From a virus (taxonomy: Duplodnaviria; Caudoviricetes): DNA of 64,000 nt. The notes below the pieces were generated by a model. The model did no database searches. It was not told where the DNA came from and saw nothing but the letters and a program-made list of their open reading frames with translations. The position numbers were made by a program, and so were the translations under genes. Positions within the stretch are counted from its first letter, which is position 1, and the number at the start of each line of letters is the position of its first letter. The DNA is taken from the IMG/VR virus record IMGVR_UViG_3300033072_000537, positions 1 through 64,000 of that record; one strand, 5' to 3'. Positions 17,004-25,515 of the stretch are shown piece after piece.

Positions 17004-19336
17004 GGTCGCTTGATCGCTGCGTCAATGCGTTGCCCGATCCAGCGCACATTCGGCACGGCCCAGCTATTGCCGAGCGCCTTATAGCGCGGGCCGTCTGGGC
17101 ATTCGCTGACGGGCTTCTTGCGCCAGGGGATCATCGTGTAGCCGTGCGACACCTCAACGCTTAAGGCGTATGAACTCGCGGCCCGCGTTTCCTCTGGAAT
17201 GAACAAACTTATGGCAGTCGAAACACAGCAGAGCAAGGTTTGAAGGATCGAGTCGTAGTTCTGGGAATTTCGCCCAGCTTCCGATGTGATGGACTTCATG
17301 CAGCTTTTCACCGCGCTGGTGAATTTTTCCGCATCGCTGGCAAGTTCTTCGATCTCTTGCCCAGACTGACTGGCAAACAAGTTTCCAATCAGTAGAGGAA
17401 AAGAACCGCTGGTGTTCAGACGTGATTCCGCCCTTCCATGCGGGGCTTTTTTCTCCAACCATGTGAGCAGCGCGGCACTCAACTGAACAAAATCGGCGGC
17501 TTGAATAGGTAGGCGACACCATTCGCTCGCGTCCGCAATGCTCGCAGACAAGAGCAACTTTCCTTGACTGTGTAGCTGAAGATGCTGCCGCTCTAAGTCG
17601 ATCTGCGCATTGACGAGAACAGGTGCGTTTGAGCTTGCCTGGCCGACATTCAAATTCAGTTCCGCAGCATTCGCATTTGACGGAAACACGTTTTCTTCGG
17701 CAGGCGAGGCATTGCTTTGCGACTTGTGAGACTGGAGCGCCGCAAGCACATTTGTGCTTGGCTGGTCGGACGACCATACATTCGAATTACTGTGTTGGAA
17801 AACAGTAATTGTACAAGTTTTTACTATTTCGGGAAACCCCTGAAGTCGTTCGCACTCGACCGGGGTTAGGCGGCGGACTTGCATGGCTGCGTTGATAATT
17901 GGATTGCCTCGACCAGTTCCATCTTCCTCTGCTGCTGACCGCGTAGTGAGCGCGTGAGTCCGATCTCCGGTTGCGCAAACAACCGGAGCCAACACATGCG
18001 CCTTATCCCCGCCTCCGCCGCTTGCCCGCAGGCAGTTGCCAACCTCGTCGCCAAGCTCGGCGGTTGCGCCGCCTTCTCTGCCACGGAGGGAGACGGCCAC
18101 CGCTACCTGCCCGCCAGCGTTCGCGTGGCTGCCGTCATGCCCCATGCTGCGCAGCGTCGGGGCGATAGGACCAGCATCGCCGCCGTGGTCTTTGCAGGAG
18201 AAGGCGATGGCGTTCTCACCGCCATTGTTTCGGCCCAGCGCAAAGGCGGTGTCGGTGCTGACGCATGGGTCTTGGGTGCCGTGGACGCAAACAAGCGACT
18301 CGCCGCCGTTGCCGGTGTCGCCGCCTTTGGCGCGCAGCGGGTCAGATACATCGACCTCTTGCAGAGCCCCGAAGTGGCCGACGTTGGCATACGCCGCAAT
18401 CGGCGCCTCATGGTTGCAGGTCAGCGTCGGGCCTCGGTCAAAGCCGATTTTCGCGCCGCCTTGGCCGTGGGCCATGGTGATGACCGGCTGCTGCACCACA
18501 GTCGTGCTGCTGTTGTCGATGTTACCTGGCGTCCTCGCACGAAGGCATTGAGCCAACTCGTCGTAGCTCGCCACCTTCTGAACGGTCGGGTCGGTGCCGT
18601 GGATAGTTACGCCGCTTGGGCTACCGCCCTCAGCGCCTGCTCCAGCGCCACCGGCAGCTCCTTCCCCCGTTTCTCGGCTCGGCGCAGTATCCCGGCGCAT
18701 GCCGTCGAACTCAAAAAGTACCGCTGCGGGATCGAACCCCTCTCGAGCACTTGCGACAACGAACACACGGCGGCGTCGTTGGGCCACTCCGAAATATTGG
18801 GCGTCTGTGACCCGCCACGCGACTGCTCTTTTGGGGCCAAGCACATAACCAGCGTTCGTCCATTTCCCCCCTGGCGCGACGAGCGGGTCATCTTCGCCGG
18901 CAAGTCCAGCAAGGAAGCAGCCGAAGGCGTTATCAGAGGTGGAGAGGACTCCGGGGACGTTTTCCCAGAAGACGATACAGGGCTGCTCTCCGCGAGCAAG
19001 TCGAGCTGAGTCCAGTTCATTGGCTATTTCACAGAATACAAGGGAAAGGTTGCCGCGGGCGTCATCCAAAGATCGACGAAGGCCCGCTACAGAAAATGCC
19101 TGGCAAGGCGTGCCACCGCAGAACACGTCCGGGGCCTCTACTTCTCCACTGCGGATCAAATCCGGCAGTTTTGTCATGTCGCCCAGGTTGGGAACGCTAG
19201 GGTAATGGTGCGCAAGTACAGCGCTTGGAAACGGCTCGATCTCGGAGAACCAGGCTGCTTTCCACCCAAGGGGTTCCCAAGCAACGCTTGCCGCTTCGAT
19301 GCCGCTGCATACGCTTCCGAATTTGATGTCTTCCAT
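16994..19336 (-). CDS. DNA (cytosine-5) methyltransferase carrying a 228-codon in-frame insertion
   Basis: Motifs SVCSGIEA (I), GGTPCQAFS (IV), WENVPG (VI), QRRRRVF (VIII), RRLTPVECERLQGFP (IX), RYKALGNSWAVP (X). Confidence 0.92.
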   Translation of the reverse strand: MEDIKFGSVCSGIEAASVAWEPLGWKAAWFSEIEPFPSAVLAHHYPSVPNLGDMTKLPDLIRSGEVEAPDVFCGGTPCQAFSVAGLRRSLDDARGNLSLVFCEIANELDSARLARGEQPCIVFWENVPGVLSTSDNAFGCFLAGLAGEDDPLVAPGGKWTNAGYVLGPKRAVAWRVTDAQYFGVAQRRRRVFVVASAREGFDPAAVLFEFDGMRRDTAPSRETGEGAAGGAGAGAEGGSPSGVTIHGTDPTVQKVASYDELAQCLRARTPGNIDNSSTTVVQQPVITMAHGQGGAKIGFDRGPTLTCNHEAPIAAYANVGHFGALQEVDVSDPLRAKGGDTGNGGESLVCVHGTQDPCVSTDTAFALGRNNGGENAIAFSCKDHGGDAGPIAPTLRSMGHDGSHANAGGQVAVAVSLRGREGGATAELGDEVGNCLRASGGGGDKAHVLAPVVCATGDRTHALTTRSAAEEDGTGRGNPIINAAMQVRRLTPVECERLQGFPEIVKTCTITVFQHSNSNVWSSDQPSTNVLAALQSHKSQSNASPAEENVFPSNANAAELNLNVGQASSNAPVLVNAQIDLERQHLQLHSQGKLLLSASIADASEWCRLPIQAADFVQLSAALLTWLEKKAPHGRAESRLNTSGSFPLLIGNLFASQSGQEIEELASDAEKFTSAVKSCMKSITSEAGRNSQNYDSILQTLLCCVSTAISLFIPEETRAASSYALSVEVSHGYTMIPWRKKPVSECPDGPRYKALGNSWAVPNVRWIGQRIDAAIKRPCQ
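17145..17828 (-). mobile_element. 684-bp homing-endonuclease insertion inside the MTase
   Basis: Removal joins CCC GA|C GGC TAC and restores QGFPDGYT; length is a multiple of 3; visibly more AT-rich than the flanks. Confidence 0.8.
17154..17777 (-). CDS. HNH endonuclease with N-terminal zinc-ribbon repeats, nested in the MTase (-1 frame)
   Basis: CQRCG...HEVHHI...SNLALLCFDCHKFVH; CECCG..CSRQC, CEHCG..FCSVEC; GEKSPAWKGG. Confidence 0.88.
   Translation of the reverse strand: MVVRPAKHKCACGAPVSQVAKQCLACRRKRVSVKCECCGTEFECRPGKLKRTCSRQCADRLRAAASSATQSRKVALVCEHCGRERMVSPTYSSRRFCSVECRAAHMVGEKSPAWKGGITSEHQRFFSSTDWKLVCQSVWARDRRTCQRCGKIHQRGEKLHEVHHIGSWAKFPELRLDPSNLALLCFDCHKFVHSRGNAGREFIRLKR
18607..19020 (-). 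CDS. Nested alternative-frame ORF, putative MTase beta-type subunit
   Basis: C-terminal CSLSQVLERGSIPQRYFLSSTACAGILRRAEKRGKELP recalls the alternative-frame beta chain of M.EcoHK31I-type enzymes. Confidence 0.6.
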   Translation of the reverse strand: MNWTQLDLLAESSPVSSSGKTSPESSPPLITPSAASLLDLPAKMTRSSRQGGNGRTLVMCLAPKEQSRGGSQTPNISEWPNDAAVCSLSQVLERGSIPQRYFLSSTACAGILRRAEKRGKELPVALEQALRAVAQAA

Positions 19337-19419
19337 ACATCCTTTCTGAAATCACGACGTAATGAAATCGATGCCGGATTTTAACCTGAAAAGGGCAAGT
19401 AACAGCGGGAGTTATCGCG

Positions 19420-20529
19420 TCAAATAACGACAGTCACGCGCTCGGCCGCTCGGGTGATCCCCGTGTAGAGCCAGTTCATTCGGTTATCCCGGAATGACGA
19501 GCTCTCGTCGAACAGCATTACATTGTCCCACTGGGAGCCCTGGCTCTTATGCACCGTGACGGCGTAGCCGAAATCGAACTCGTCAAAGTTGCGGCGTGTG
19601 TACCAATCCAAGGTATCCTCGGTGCCGTCGAAAAACTGGCGCGGTACGGATACGAAGACGTCGGCGCTGCCAGCCGTGTAAGCGTCTGCCGGCGAGGCGG
19701 TGGCTGTGACAATTTGCAGGTCGTCCATCGGCACCAGGCTGACGTCACGAACTGACCAGATCGAGCCGTTGAGCAGGCCCTTATCCTTGTTGTTGCGCAG
19801 GCAGATGATGCGGTCGCCTTCGGTCGGCAGGTCGCCATGGAAGCCGTTGAGTTGGCGAAGCCGGGCATTGAAGCTGCGGCGCGTGCGGTTGAGTCCGACC
19901 AGAACCTGGTCGGCGGCCAGTACGTTGCCCTGCATTACATCGGCGCGACGGATCACCTGGCTATCGCCGTATATCCCGAGCTGGAGCTTGCGCCCCTCGC
20001 GGACCTCCATGCTCATGCGGATGATTGGATTATCGGCAGCCTGGCGGTGAATCTCGGTCAGGATCACATCGGGCTCGTCCATGATGAAAAAGCCCTGTCC
20101 CTTGACCGGCGGCAGCTGTGCCGGATCACCGAGCACCAGAACCTTGATGCCAAACGACAGGAGGTCTTTCCCGAGTGCCTCATCGACCATTGAGCACTCG
20201 TCGATGATGATCAGCTTGGCCGTGCGGACGTCGCTGTCGCGGTTCAGGATGAATTTCGGTTTGCCGCCGCCGCTGTCGTCCAGCTTGTAGATCATGCTGT
20301 GGATCGTACTGGCGTTGTCGCAGCCCTTAGATTTCAGGACGAGCGCTGCCTTGCCGGTGAAGGCGCCGAAAATAACCTTGCCGCCAGCGCTGGCTGCGAT
20401 TTCCTTGGCGATGGTGGTTTTCCCGGTTCCTGCGTAGCCGAACAGACGAAATACCTGCTTGCCGCGTTTTTCTTTCAGCCAGGCCGATACTGCTTTAAGT
20501 GCCTGCTCTTGCTGTGGTGACCATGACAT
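19420..20529 (-). CDS. RecD/Dda-like SF1 helicase
   Basis: GYAGTGKT, IIIDECSM, LGDPAQLPPV, HRQA, YAVTVHKSQGSQW, LYTGITRA. Confidence 0.9.
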   Translation of the reverse strand: MSWSPQQEQALKAVSAWLKEKRGKQVFRLFGYAGTGKTTIAKEIAASAGGKVIFGAFTGKAALVLKSKGCDNASTIHSMIYKLDDSGGGKPKFILNRDSDVRTAKLIIIDECSMVDEALGKDLLSFGIKVLVLGDPAQLPPVKGQGFFIMDEPDVILTEIHRQAADNPIIRMSMEVREGRKLQLGIYGDSQVIRRADVMQGNVLAADQVLVGLNRTRRSFNARLRQLNGFHGDLPTEGDRIICLRNNKDKGLLNGSIWSVRDVSLVPMDDLQIVTATASPADAYTAGSADVFVSVPRQFFDGTEDTLDWYTRRNFDEFDFGYAVTVHKSQGSQWDNVMLFDESSSFRDNRMNWLYTGITRAAERVTVVI

Positions 20530-20572
20530 AAATATCCCTTCGGGGCGGCGCGGGGGAAACGCCGCCAAAAAA

Positions 20573-21283
20573 TTAAATTAGAAAACCGTTTTCCTGCATG
20601 AACTGCACGGGGTCTTTTGACGATTTGCGTCGGTTGAAGCGAGGACAAAGCAACTGGATATTTTCTGGTCCATTTGATCCCCCTCGCGCTAGAGGGATTA
20701 CGTGGTCAACATCGAACCTATTAGCCAGATTCACCTTACATACCGCGCAGCGCCCATTTTGGAGAGAGTAGAGCTTGTCGACGTCGGTTTTTGAGAAAAC
20801 CCCTCCTGACTGCTGTTTCAGAGCTCGCCTCTTGTTTTCCTTGGCGCGCTGATATTCTGGAGTCTTGGACTGCCCATGCTTCGTATTCCTCTCAATCGTT
20901 TTCTCTCTCTTCAAACACCCACATGAGACAACGATCCCGGACCTTAGATGCCAGGTATTGACCTTCGAAGTGTTCCCACAATCGCAAGCACAGACCCAGT
21001 CTGATCGTCCCCGGCCAGTTCCGCCTGCCCGGCGGATTGCCGTAAGTCTTCCAAACTTTTGGCCTGCTATGTCGATCTCTCGCTTCGACGTAGAGCTTTC
21101 GCGCAAAAGACATCCGCACGACCGTGTGTGGCCGCGCAGCATCCTATCGCCTCGGACCCGAACAACAGACCCGCACTCGCATAGGCAAGTCCACAAACTG
21201 CGGCTTTCTCCTTCTTCACGACTCACGAATATCGGTGAAAGCCGGCCGATCTTCATGCCTCGAAGGTCAGGGGCTGTTCTCAT
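20573..21283 (-). CDS. Free-standing HNH endonuclease
   Basis: Two WxCxCxCG..SCGC repeats; CAVC..DVDHVIPLARGGSN...NIQLLC; ATGA overlap at 21280-21283; AT-richer sequence. Confidence 0.85.
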   Translation of the reverse strand: MRTAPDLRGMKIGRLSPIFVSREEGESRSLWTCLCECGSVVRVRGDRMLRGHTRSCGCLLRESSTSKREIDIAGQKFGRLTAIRRAGGTGRGRSDWVCACDCGNTSKVNTWHLRSGIVVSCGCLKREKTIERNTKHGQSKTPEYQRAKENKRRALKQQSGGVFSKTDVDKLYSLQNGRCAVCKVNLANRFDVDHVIPLARGGSNGPENIQLLCPRFNRRKSSKDPVQFMQENGFLI

Positions 21284-21504
21284 TTCCTGTACTCGGACGT
21301 GCTTGAAACGGTGCGAGTCTTCTCCCACTCCATGATCTTTGTGAGCGGGTAAAACACCTTCCCGCCAATTTTCACAAACGGAAGATTCCCGTTGCCGCTG
21401 GACCGCCAGTTCGACAGGGTCCGCGTGCTGATCTTGCCGCCGTAACGCTGGGAGACTTCGGCGGGGGTCAGGTACGTTTCCTGGTTCATTCCAGATTGCT
21501 CCAT
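21280..21504 (-). CDS. Excisionase-like HTH DNA-binding protein
   Basis: YLTPAEV...ISTRTLSNWRS..G..LPFVKIGGKVFY. Confidence 0.8.
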   Translation of the reverse strand: MEQSGMNQETYLTPAEVSQRYGGKISTRTLSNWRSSGNGNLPFVKIGGKVFYPLTKIMEWEKTRTVSSTSEYRK

Positions 21505-21546
21505 TTTCTTGTTCGCCCGGGTTTCCCCGGGCGGTCCTGATGGCGG

Positions 21547-22590
21547 TTAGAACATCGGCTCGTCGTCTGCTGCGCCCGGCGGGATTTCATCAACCGGGGG
21601 CGGTTCTTCGGCCTGGGGCTCGGCTACAGGCTCAGGAGCAGGGGTCGGTGCCGGGGTCGGCTTGGGTGTGACCGCCGCGCCTTGGCGGCGCTGCTGGGCT
21701 GGCTTGTCAGCCTGCGGCTTCGTCTCTGCTGCCTTCGGTGACGATGCCGCTGCGGGAGCCCCAGCAATGGCCGCATTCACGGCGGCCTTCTGCTCGGCCT
21801 TCTCTTCCTCGTTGCCGAAATACTCCGACGGCTTGGCGCCTTCCTTGATCGCATTGAAAACGCCGGTCAGATCGACGAGCTCGTCCAGCGTAGTTTCGTC
21901 GAGCGTGTGGCCGAGGTTCTTCTCGAGGTGGGCTACGGTGACGCCGAATTTGGCGAAGGCCGTCACCATGCGGCGGACGCGAACGCTGACCGGCTCGTCA
22001 TTCGTGCCGGCAATGGTCTTCTTGCATTCCTCGATGGCGGCTTCGACCATCCATTTCGGCAGCAGGGCGAGAATGCGGCCACGGACCTGCTTGCTGGCGA
22101 CGTTGGCGATCTTGTCGTCGATGTCCTTCTGGTCGCGCAGCTTTACCTGGCCATCCTTGGTGTCACGGGTGTGGGTGACCGTGATCTGGCGGATGCTGCG
22201 GTTGTTCTTCTCCATGTCCCAGGCGTAGACCTCGACCTCGGACTTGCCGTCGCCGCGCGAGAGCTCGCGGTGCCCGTATTGAAAGTTGGAATAGCAGCGA
22301 GCGACTTCCTCCGCGAGGCGGATGCTGGGGCCGGTGACTTTGCCGCCGGCACGGGGAACGGAATAGAAGGCGGCATTGGCAAAGGCCGGCAGCTTGCAAG
22401 CCTCAATCAGCTCCTCATAGGCCTCATTGAGGTTACGGGGGAACTTCTTGGCGAGGATGAGCTGACCCTGCGCTTCGGCAATCGCGCGCTCCTGCTCGAT
22501 GGCGACGGCGCCATGGTTGGCGGTCGTCGAAAGGGCGCGAGACTGGTTGAAGGCCGGCATGTGCTGGGATGGTACGAGTTCTTGACTCAT
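21547..22590 (-). CDS. Putative single-strand annealing/recombination protein
   Basis: AKKFPR, GPSIRLAE motifs; Pro/acidic C-terminal tail; next to exonuclease and ATPase. Confidence 0.5.
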   Translation of the reverse strand: MSQELVPSQHMPAFNQSRALSTTANHGAVAIEQERAIAEAQGQLILAKKFPRNLNEAYEELIEACKLPAFANAAFYSVPRAGGKVTGPSIRLAEEVARCYSNFQYGHRELSRGDGKSEVEVYAWDMEKNNRSIRQITVTHTRDTKDGQVKLRDQKDIDDKIANVASKQVRGRILALLPKWMVEAAIEECKKTIAGTNDEPVSVRVRRMVTAFAKFGVTVAHLEKNLGHTLDETTLDELVDLTGVFNAIKEGAKPSEYFGNEEEKAEQKAAVNAAIAGAPAAASSPKAAETKPQADKPAQQRRQGAAVTPKPTPAPTPAPEPVAEPQAEEPPPVDEIPPGAADDEPMF

Positions 22591-22592
22591 GA

Positions 22593-23954
22593 TTACTCCT
22601 GGTTGGTGATGGTGAATTCCGTGTCGCTGACACGGGAAACGAAAAGCTGAAGCCCCGACTCAAGCGCCTGCTTCTGGAATTCCTGCATTGCCGCGGTGTC
22701 GAGGCATTCGAGGCCGTCGCAGCAGATCACGCCGAGTTTTCCGGCGCGCAGCTTGGCAAGCTCGACTGCGACCTGGACCTGTTGGGCTTGGTTCAGTCGG
22801 TCGAACTGCACCCCGTCGCGGTAAATCTCGCCATCGACTACGGTCAGGCCGGGGATCGGAAGGCTTGCGAGCAGCTCAGACTTGTAGGCTTCCAGTCCTT
22901 CGAGCGCGGCTGTCTGTGCGTCCGCCTCTTCCTGGAGCCCGTCCGCCTGCCGACGCATCTCCCCGATGGTCTTGCGGGTAGCTTCGTGGCGTGCGGCAGA
23001 CTTCTGAGCTTCCTGTATGGCGGCCAGGTTGTCGCGCAGCCCCTGCGAGTCTGCGGCATGCTTTTCGACGGTACGCTGGCGCTGAATGTTGGCTTTGCCC
23101 TCGATCTCGCTGAACGAGCGCTTGATCGCCTCAATGTCGTCGGCGGCCTTCGTGCGGATGGCCTCGATCTGGCGCTGCAGCTCGTCGATCTGAGATTGGG
23201 CAGCGGAACGAACTGCGTCGATGTCGGCTTGCGTCTTGTCGCGCAGGCCTCCCAGCTTCGTGCTGATCCGCTCCAGTTCGGCATCCTTGGCCGCGTCGAG
23301 GGCCTGGAGCCGCTCCAGCAGGTCGTTGGCGCCGCCGGGAATCTCGGTCGCTTCATCTGGCAGGGTGGCAGCCAGCTGGTTGATGGTGGCGTGTTTCTCC
23401 TTGACAGCGCGATTCGTGCCGGTGCGGTCGTCGTAGATCGACTTGCGAAGGCTCTCCAAGACGACAAGGGCATGATCGCGGAGAAGGTGCGAGTTTGCGA
23501 CGGCATCCTTGCCGACGATCTCGGTCAAGCGGTCAGCGTCGAGCGTGATCGGCATCGATTCGAGCAGCACCCTGACGCGGTCCTTCTTGCTGGCGCGCAG
23601 GAAATCGACCGGATTCACCGACAAGAGGTCGGCCAGTGCCCCGACCACGCTCGCCGGCTTGGACTGGCGCTTGCCGGTCGCGTCCTTGACGATGGTGTCG
23701 CTGCCCGACTCCTTGACGCGCTTCACGATCTCGGTGCCGTCGTCCAGGACGATGACGGCCTCGCCGGACTCGGCGCCGGCACGCAGCAGCGTCGCGTCGT
23801 GGCCGCTGCGCAGCGTGGCCTTGATTGCTTCGAGAATGGAAGTCTTCCCGGACCCGTTCGGGCCTGAAATCTCGACGAATTTTCCGGCGTCAAACTCAAG
23901 GTTCGAGATGCCGAGGATGTTACTGATACGGATGTGTGAAATGTGGGTAGTCAT
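22593..23954 (-). CDS. SMC/Rad50-like coiled-coil ATPase
   Basis: GPNGSGKTS Walker A, long coiled coil, ICCDGLECLD Walker B-like. Confidence 0.8.
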   Translation of the reverse strand: MTTHISHIRISNILGISNLEFDAGKFVEISGPNGSGKTSILEAIKATLRSGHDATLLRAGAESGEAVIVLDDGTEIVKRVKESGSDTIVKDATGKRQSKPASVVGALADLLSVNPVDFLRASKKDRVRVLLESMPITLDADRLTEIVGKDAVANSHLLRDHALVVLESLRKSIYDDRTGTNRAVKEKHATINQLAATLPDEATEIPGGANDLLERLQALDAAKDAELERISTKLGGLRDKTQADIDAVRSAAQSQIDELQRQIEAIRTKAADDIEAIKRSFSEIEGKANIQRQRTVEKHAADSQGLRDNLAAIQEAQKSAARHEATRKTIGEMRRQADGLQEEADAQTAALEGLEAYKSELLASLPIPGLTVVDGEIYRDGVQFDRLNQAQQVQVAVELAKLRAGKLGVICCDGLECLDTAAMQEFQKQALESGLQLFVSRVSDTEFTITNQE

Positions 23955-23959
23955 TTGTA

Positions 23960-24832
23960 TTAGTCCAAAGGATTGAACCAGCGGGGCAGTTTCAGGGGTT
24001 CGATTTCCTGGCTGTAACCAGGCCAGTTGCCGGCCTGCTTACACTCTGCGATGAGGCGCAGGTCTTTCATGTAGCGCTCGCGCCCAACGTCCAGCTGCTC
24101 GTTTTCCACAAAATATGTGGCTACGGCGTAGGGGCGCTTCTTCTCGACGGCGACGAACACGAAGTAGGGGACGATCTCGCCGTAGAGGCGCAGCGGGATG
24201 TCGGTGTACCAGGGTGCCTGCACGTAGTAGCGGTAGTTGACGACCGACTTGGCAAATCCCGCCGGGCTGGCGTCCTCGGTCGTTTTGACATCAACCATGC
24301 CGCCGTCGCCGCGCAAGTAGTCGGGGCGGCACTTGATCAGTTCCCCCGTCTCCTCCTCAATGCAGTAGAACGACTGCTCGGAGCGGCCACCCTGCAGCAG
24401 GCGGCCAGCCGACGAATGGATATGCACGGCGTCGCGCATGGCGAGGCAGGTCTTGTAGTCCTCGGCGTCAAGGATCGTCTTGCCGGCGTTCGCCTGGTTG
24501 AAATCATCCCACCAGTCGATTGCGAGCAGCGTCTCAGCGCTCGGGTTCTTGGCCTTGCGCTGCACGGAGGTCGGGCGCTTCGGGGCGTCGCCGGGCACGA
24601 CCACATACAGGCTGGGGAACAGGTCGGGCTCCAGGATGGCCGTATGGGTGGCCGTGCCGAGGATCATGGAGTCGGTCGGCTCCTCGGGCTCGCGGTTATC
24701 GTTGACGTACTTGTCCCAGTAGTGCAGTGGCGACTTGGCAACGACGTCGAGGTGCGACTTCGAGATACCTGGACCACTATGATAGTCCTCGTTGCTCAAG
24801 TCCTCGAACAGCCCAATTCGTTCTTGGTTCAT
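23960..24832 (-). CDS. PD-(D/E)XK exonuclease (RecE/ExoVIII, DUF3799-like)
   Basis: ISKSHL, GTATH..ILEP, KCRPD, DVKTT, Y.VQA.WY, FVFVAVEK. Confidence 0.85.
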   Translation of the reverse strand: MNQERIGLFEDLSNEDYHSGPGISKSHLDVVAKSPLHYWDKYVNDNREPEEPTDSMILGTATHTAILEPDLFPSLYVVVPGDAPKRPTSVQRKAKNPSAETLLAIDWWDDFNQANAGKTILDAEDYKTCLAMRDAVHIHSSAGRLLQGGRSEQSFYCIEEETGELIKCRPDYLRGDGGMVDVKTTEDASPAGFAKSVVNYRYYVQAPWYTDIPLRLYGEIVPYFVFVAVEKKRPYAVATYFVENEQLDVGRERYMKDLRLIAECKQAGNWPGYSQEIEPLKLPRWFNPLD

Positions 24833-24861
24833 ATTTTCTCCTGATTGATAACGGACAAGCA

Positions 24862-24980
24862 CAGATTAACCAAAACGGGATAAGTGCGCAAGTAGTTATC
24901 ATGGCTTTACTTCAAAACTCCCGCAAATGCACGGAAACGCACTCTGATTACATTGCTTGCCTAACCCGTTTTGGTACAAT
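24862..24980. promoter_or_regulatory. Divergent sigma70 promoters, each overlapping an 18-bp operator-like palindrome
   Basis: Minus strand TTGCGC-17-TAATCT over TTAACCAAAACGGGATAA (24866-24883); plus strand TTGCTT-16-TACAAT over CTAACCCGTTTTGGTACA (24961-24978). Confidence 0.7.
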
Positions 24981-25006
24981 CGGGCATCGATACTCAAAAC
25001 TGAAAC

Positions 25007-25219
25007 ATGGAAAACAAGAACATCATTGCCGTCTTCAACGAGGCGGTTACCCAGCTCGAGGCCGACGCCAAGTCTGTCGGGTCCAACATCACGGCCATTT
25101 GCCGCGAGGCCGGCGTTAGCCGGACGACCCCGGATCGCTGGAAAGAGAAGCCGCCGGCAACCATCGAAACCCTGGCGAAGCTCCAGGACGCAGTCGCTGC
25201 CAAGAAGGCCGCGCAGTAA
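25007..25219 (+). CDS. Cro/repressor-like HTH protein
   Basis: NITAICREAGVSRTTPDRWK helix-turn-helix; first gene after the divergent promoter. Confidence 0.75.
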   Translation: MENKNIIAVFNEAVTQLEADAKSVGSNITAICREAGVSRTTPDRWKEKPPATIETLAKLQDAVAAKKAAQ

Positions 25220-25515
25220 TACCTGGGCTCGACCACGACGTTCACGAGCGCGTCCGCATCGGCGGTGCGGAGCATCGTGCCGGCTGCTGGAACAAGCCGC
25301 GCCCGAAGTCAGAGGCTGACGGTGGCGGCTACTGGGCGCCTGATCGGACCTATGCGCCGGACGGCTCGTTCACCCAGACGGTGACGTTTATCCCGTACCG
25401 CATGTCGCAGGAGTGCCGCTACGACCAGAAGATCGCGCCTGAGCACTGCATGGGCTGCGATCACCTTGGCACCGGCCAGGCCTACGACGCCGATATTCGC
25501 GCGAGGGGCACATGA
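25219..25515 (+). CDS. Hypothetical Cys-containing phage protein with ATA in the start position (or start-loss pseudogene)
   Basis: 99-codon open frame filling the gap, TAATA overlap with the upstream stop, AAGAAGG SD-like site, ATGA overlap downstream. Confidence 0.55.
   Translation: MPGLDHDVHERVRIGGAEHRAGCWNKPRPKSEADGGGYWAPDRTYAPDGSFTQTVTFIPYRMSQECRYDQKIAPEHCMGCDHLGTGQAYDADIRARGT

Noticed and set aside
17145-17828. Intein or self-splicing intron as the explanation for the MTase insertion
   Set aside because: No intein terminal residues or Hint motifs in the MTase frame, the nuclease is in a different frame, and only 60 nt lie outside the HNH ORF, too little for an intron core. Not excluded experimentally.
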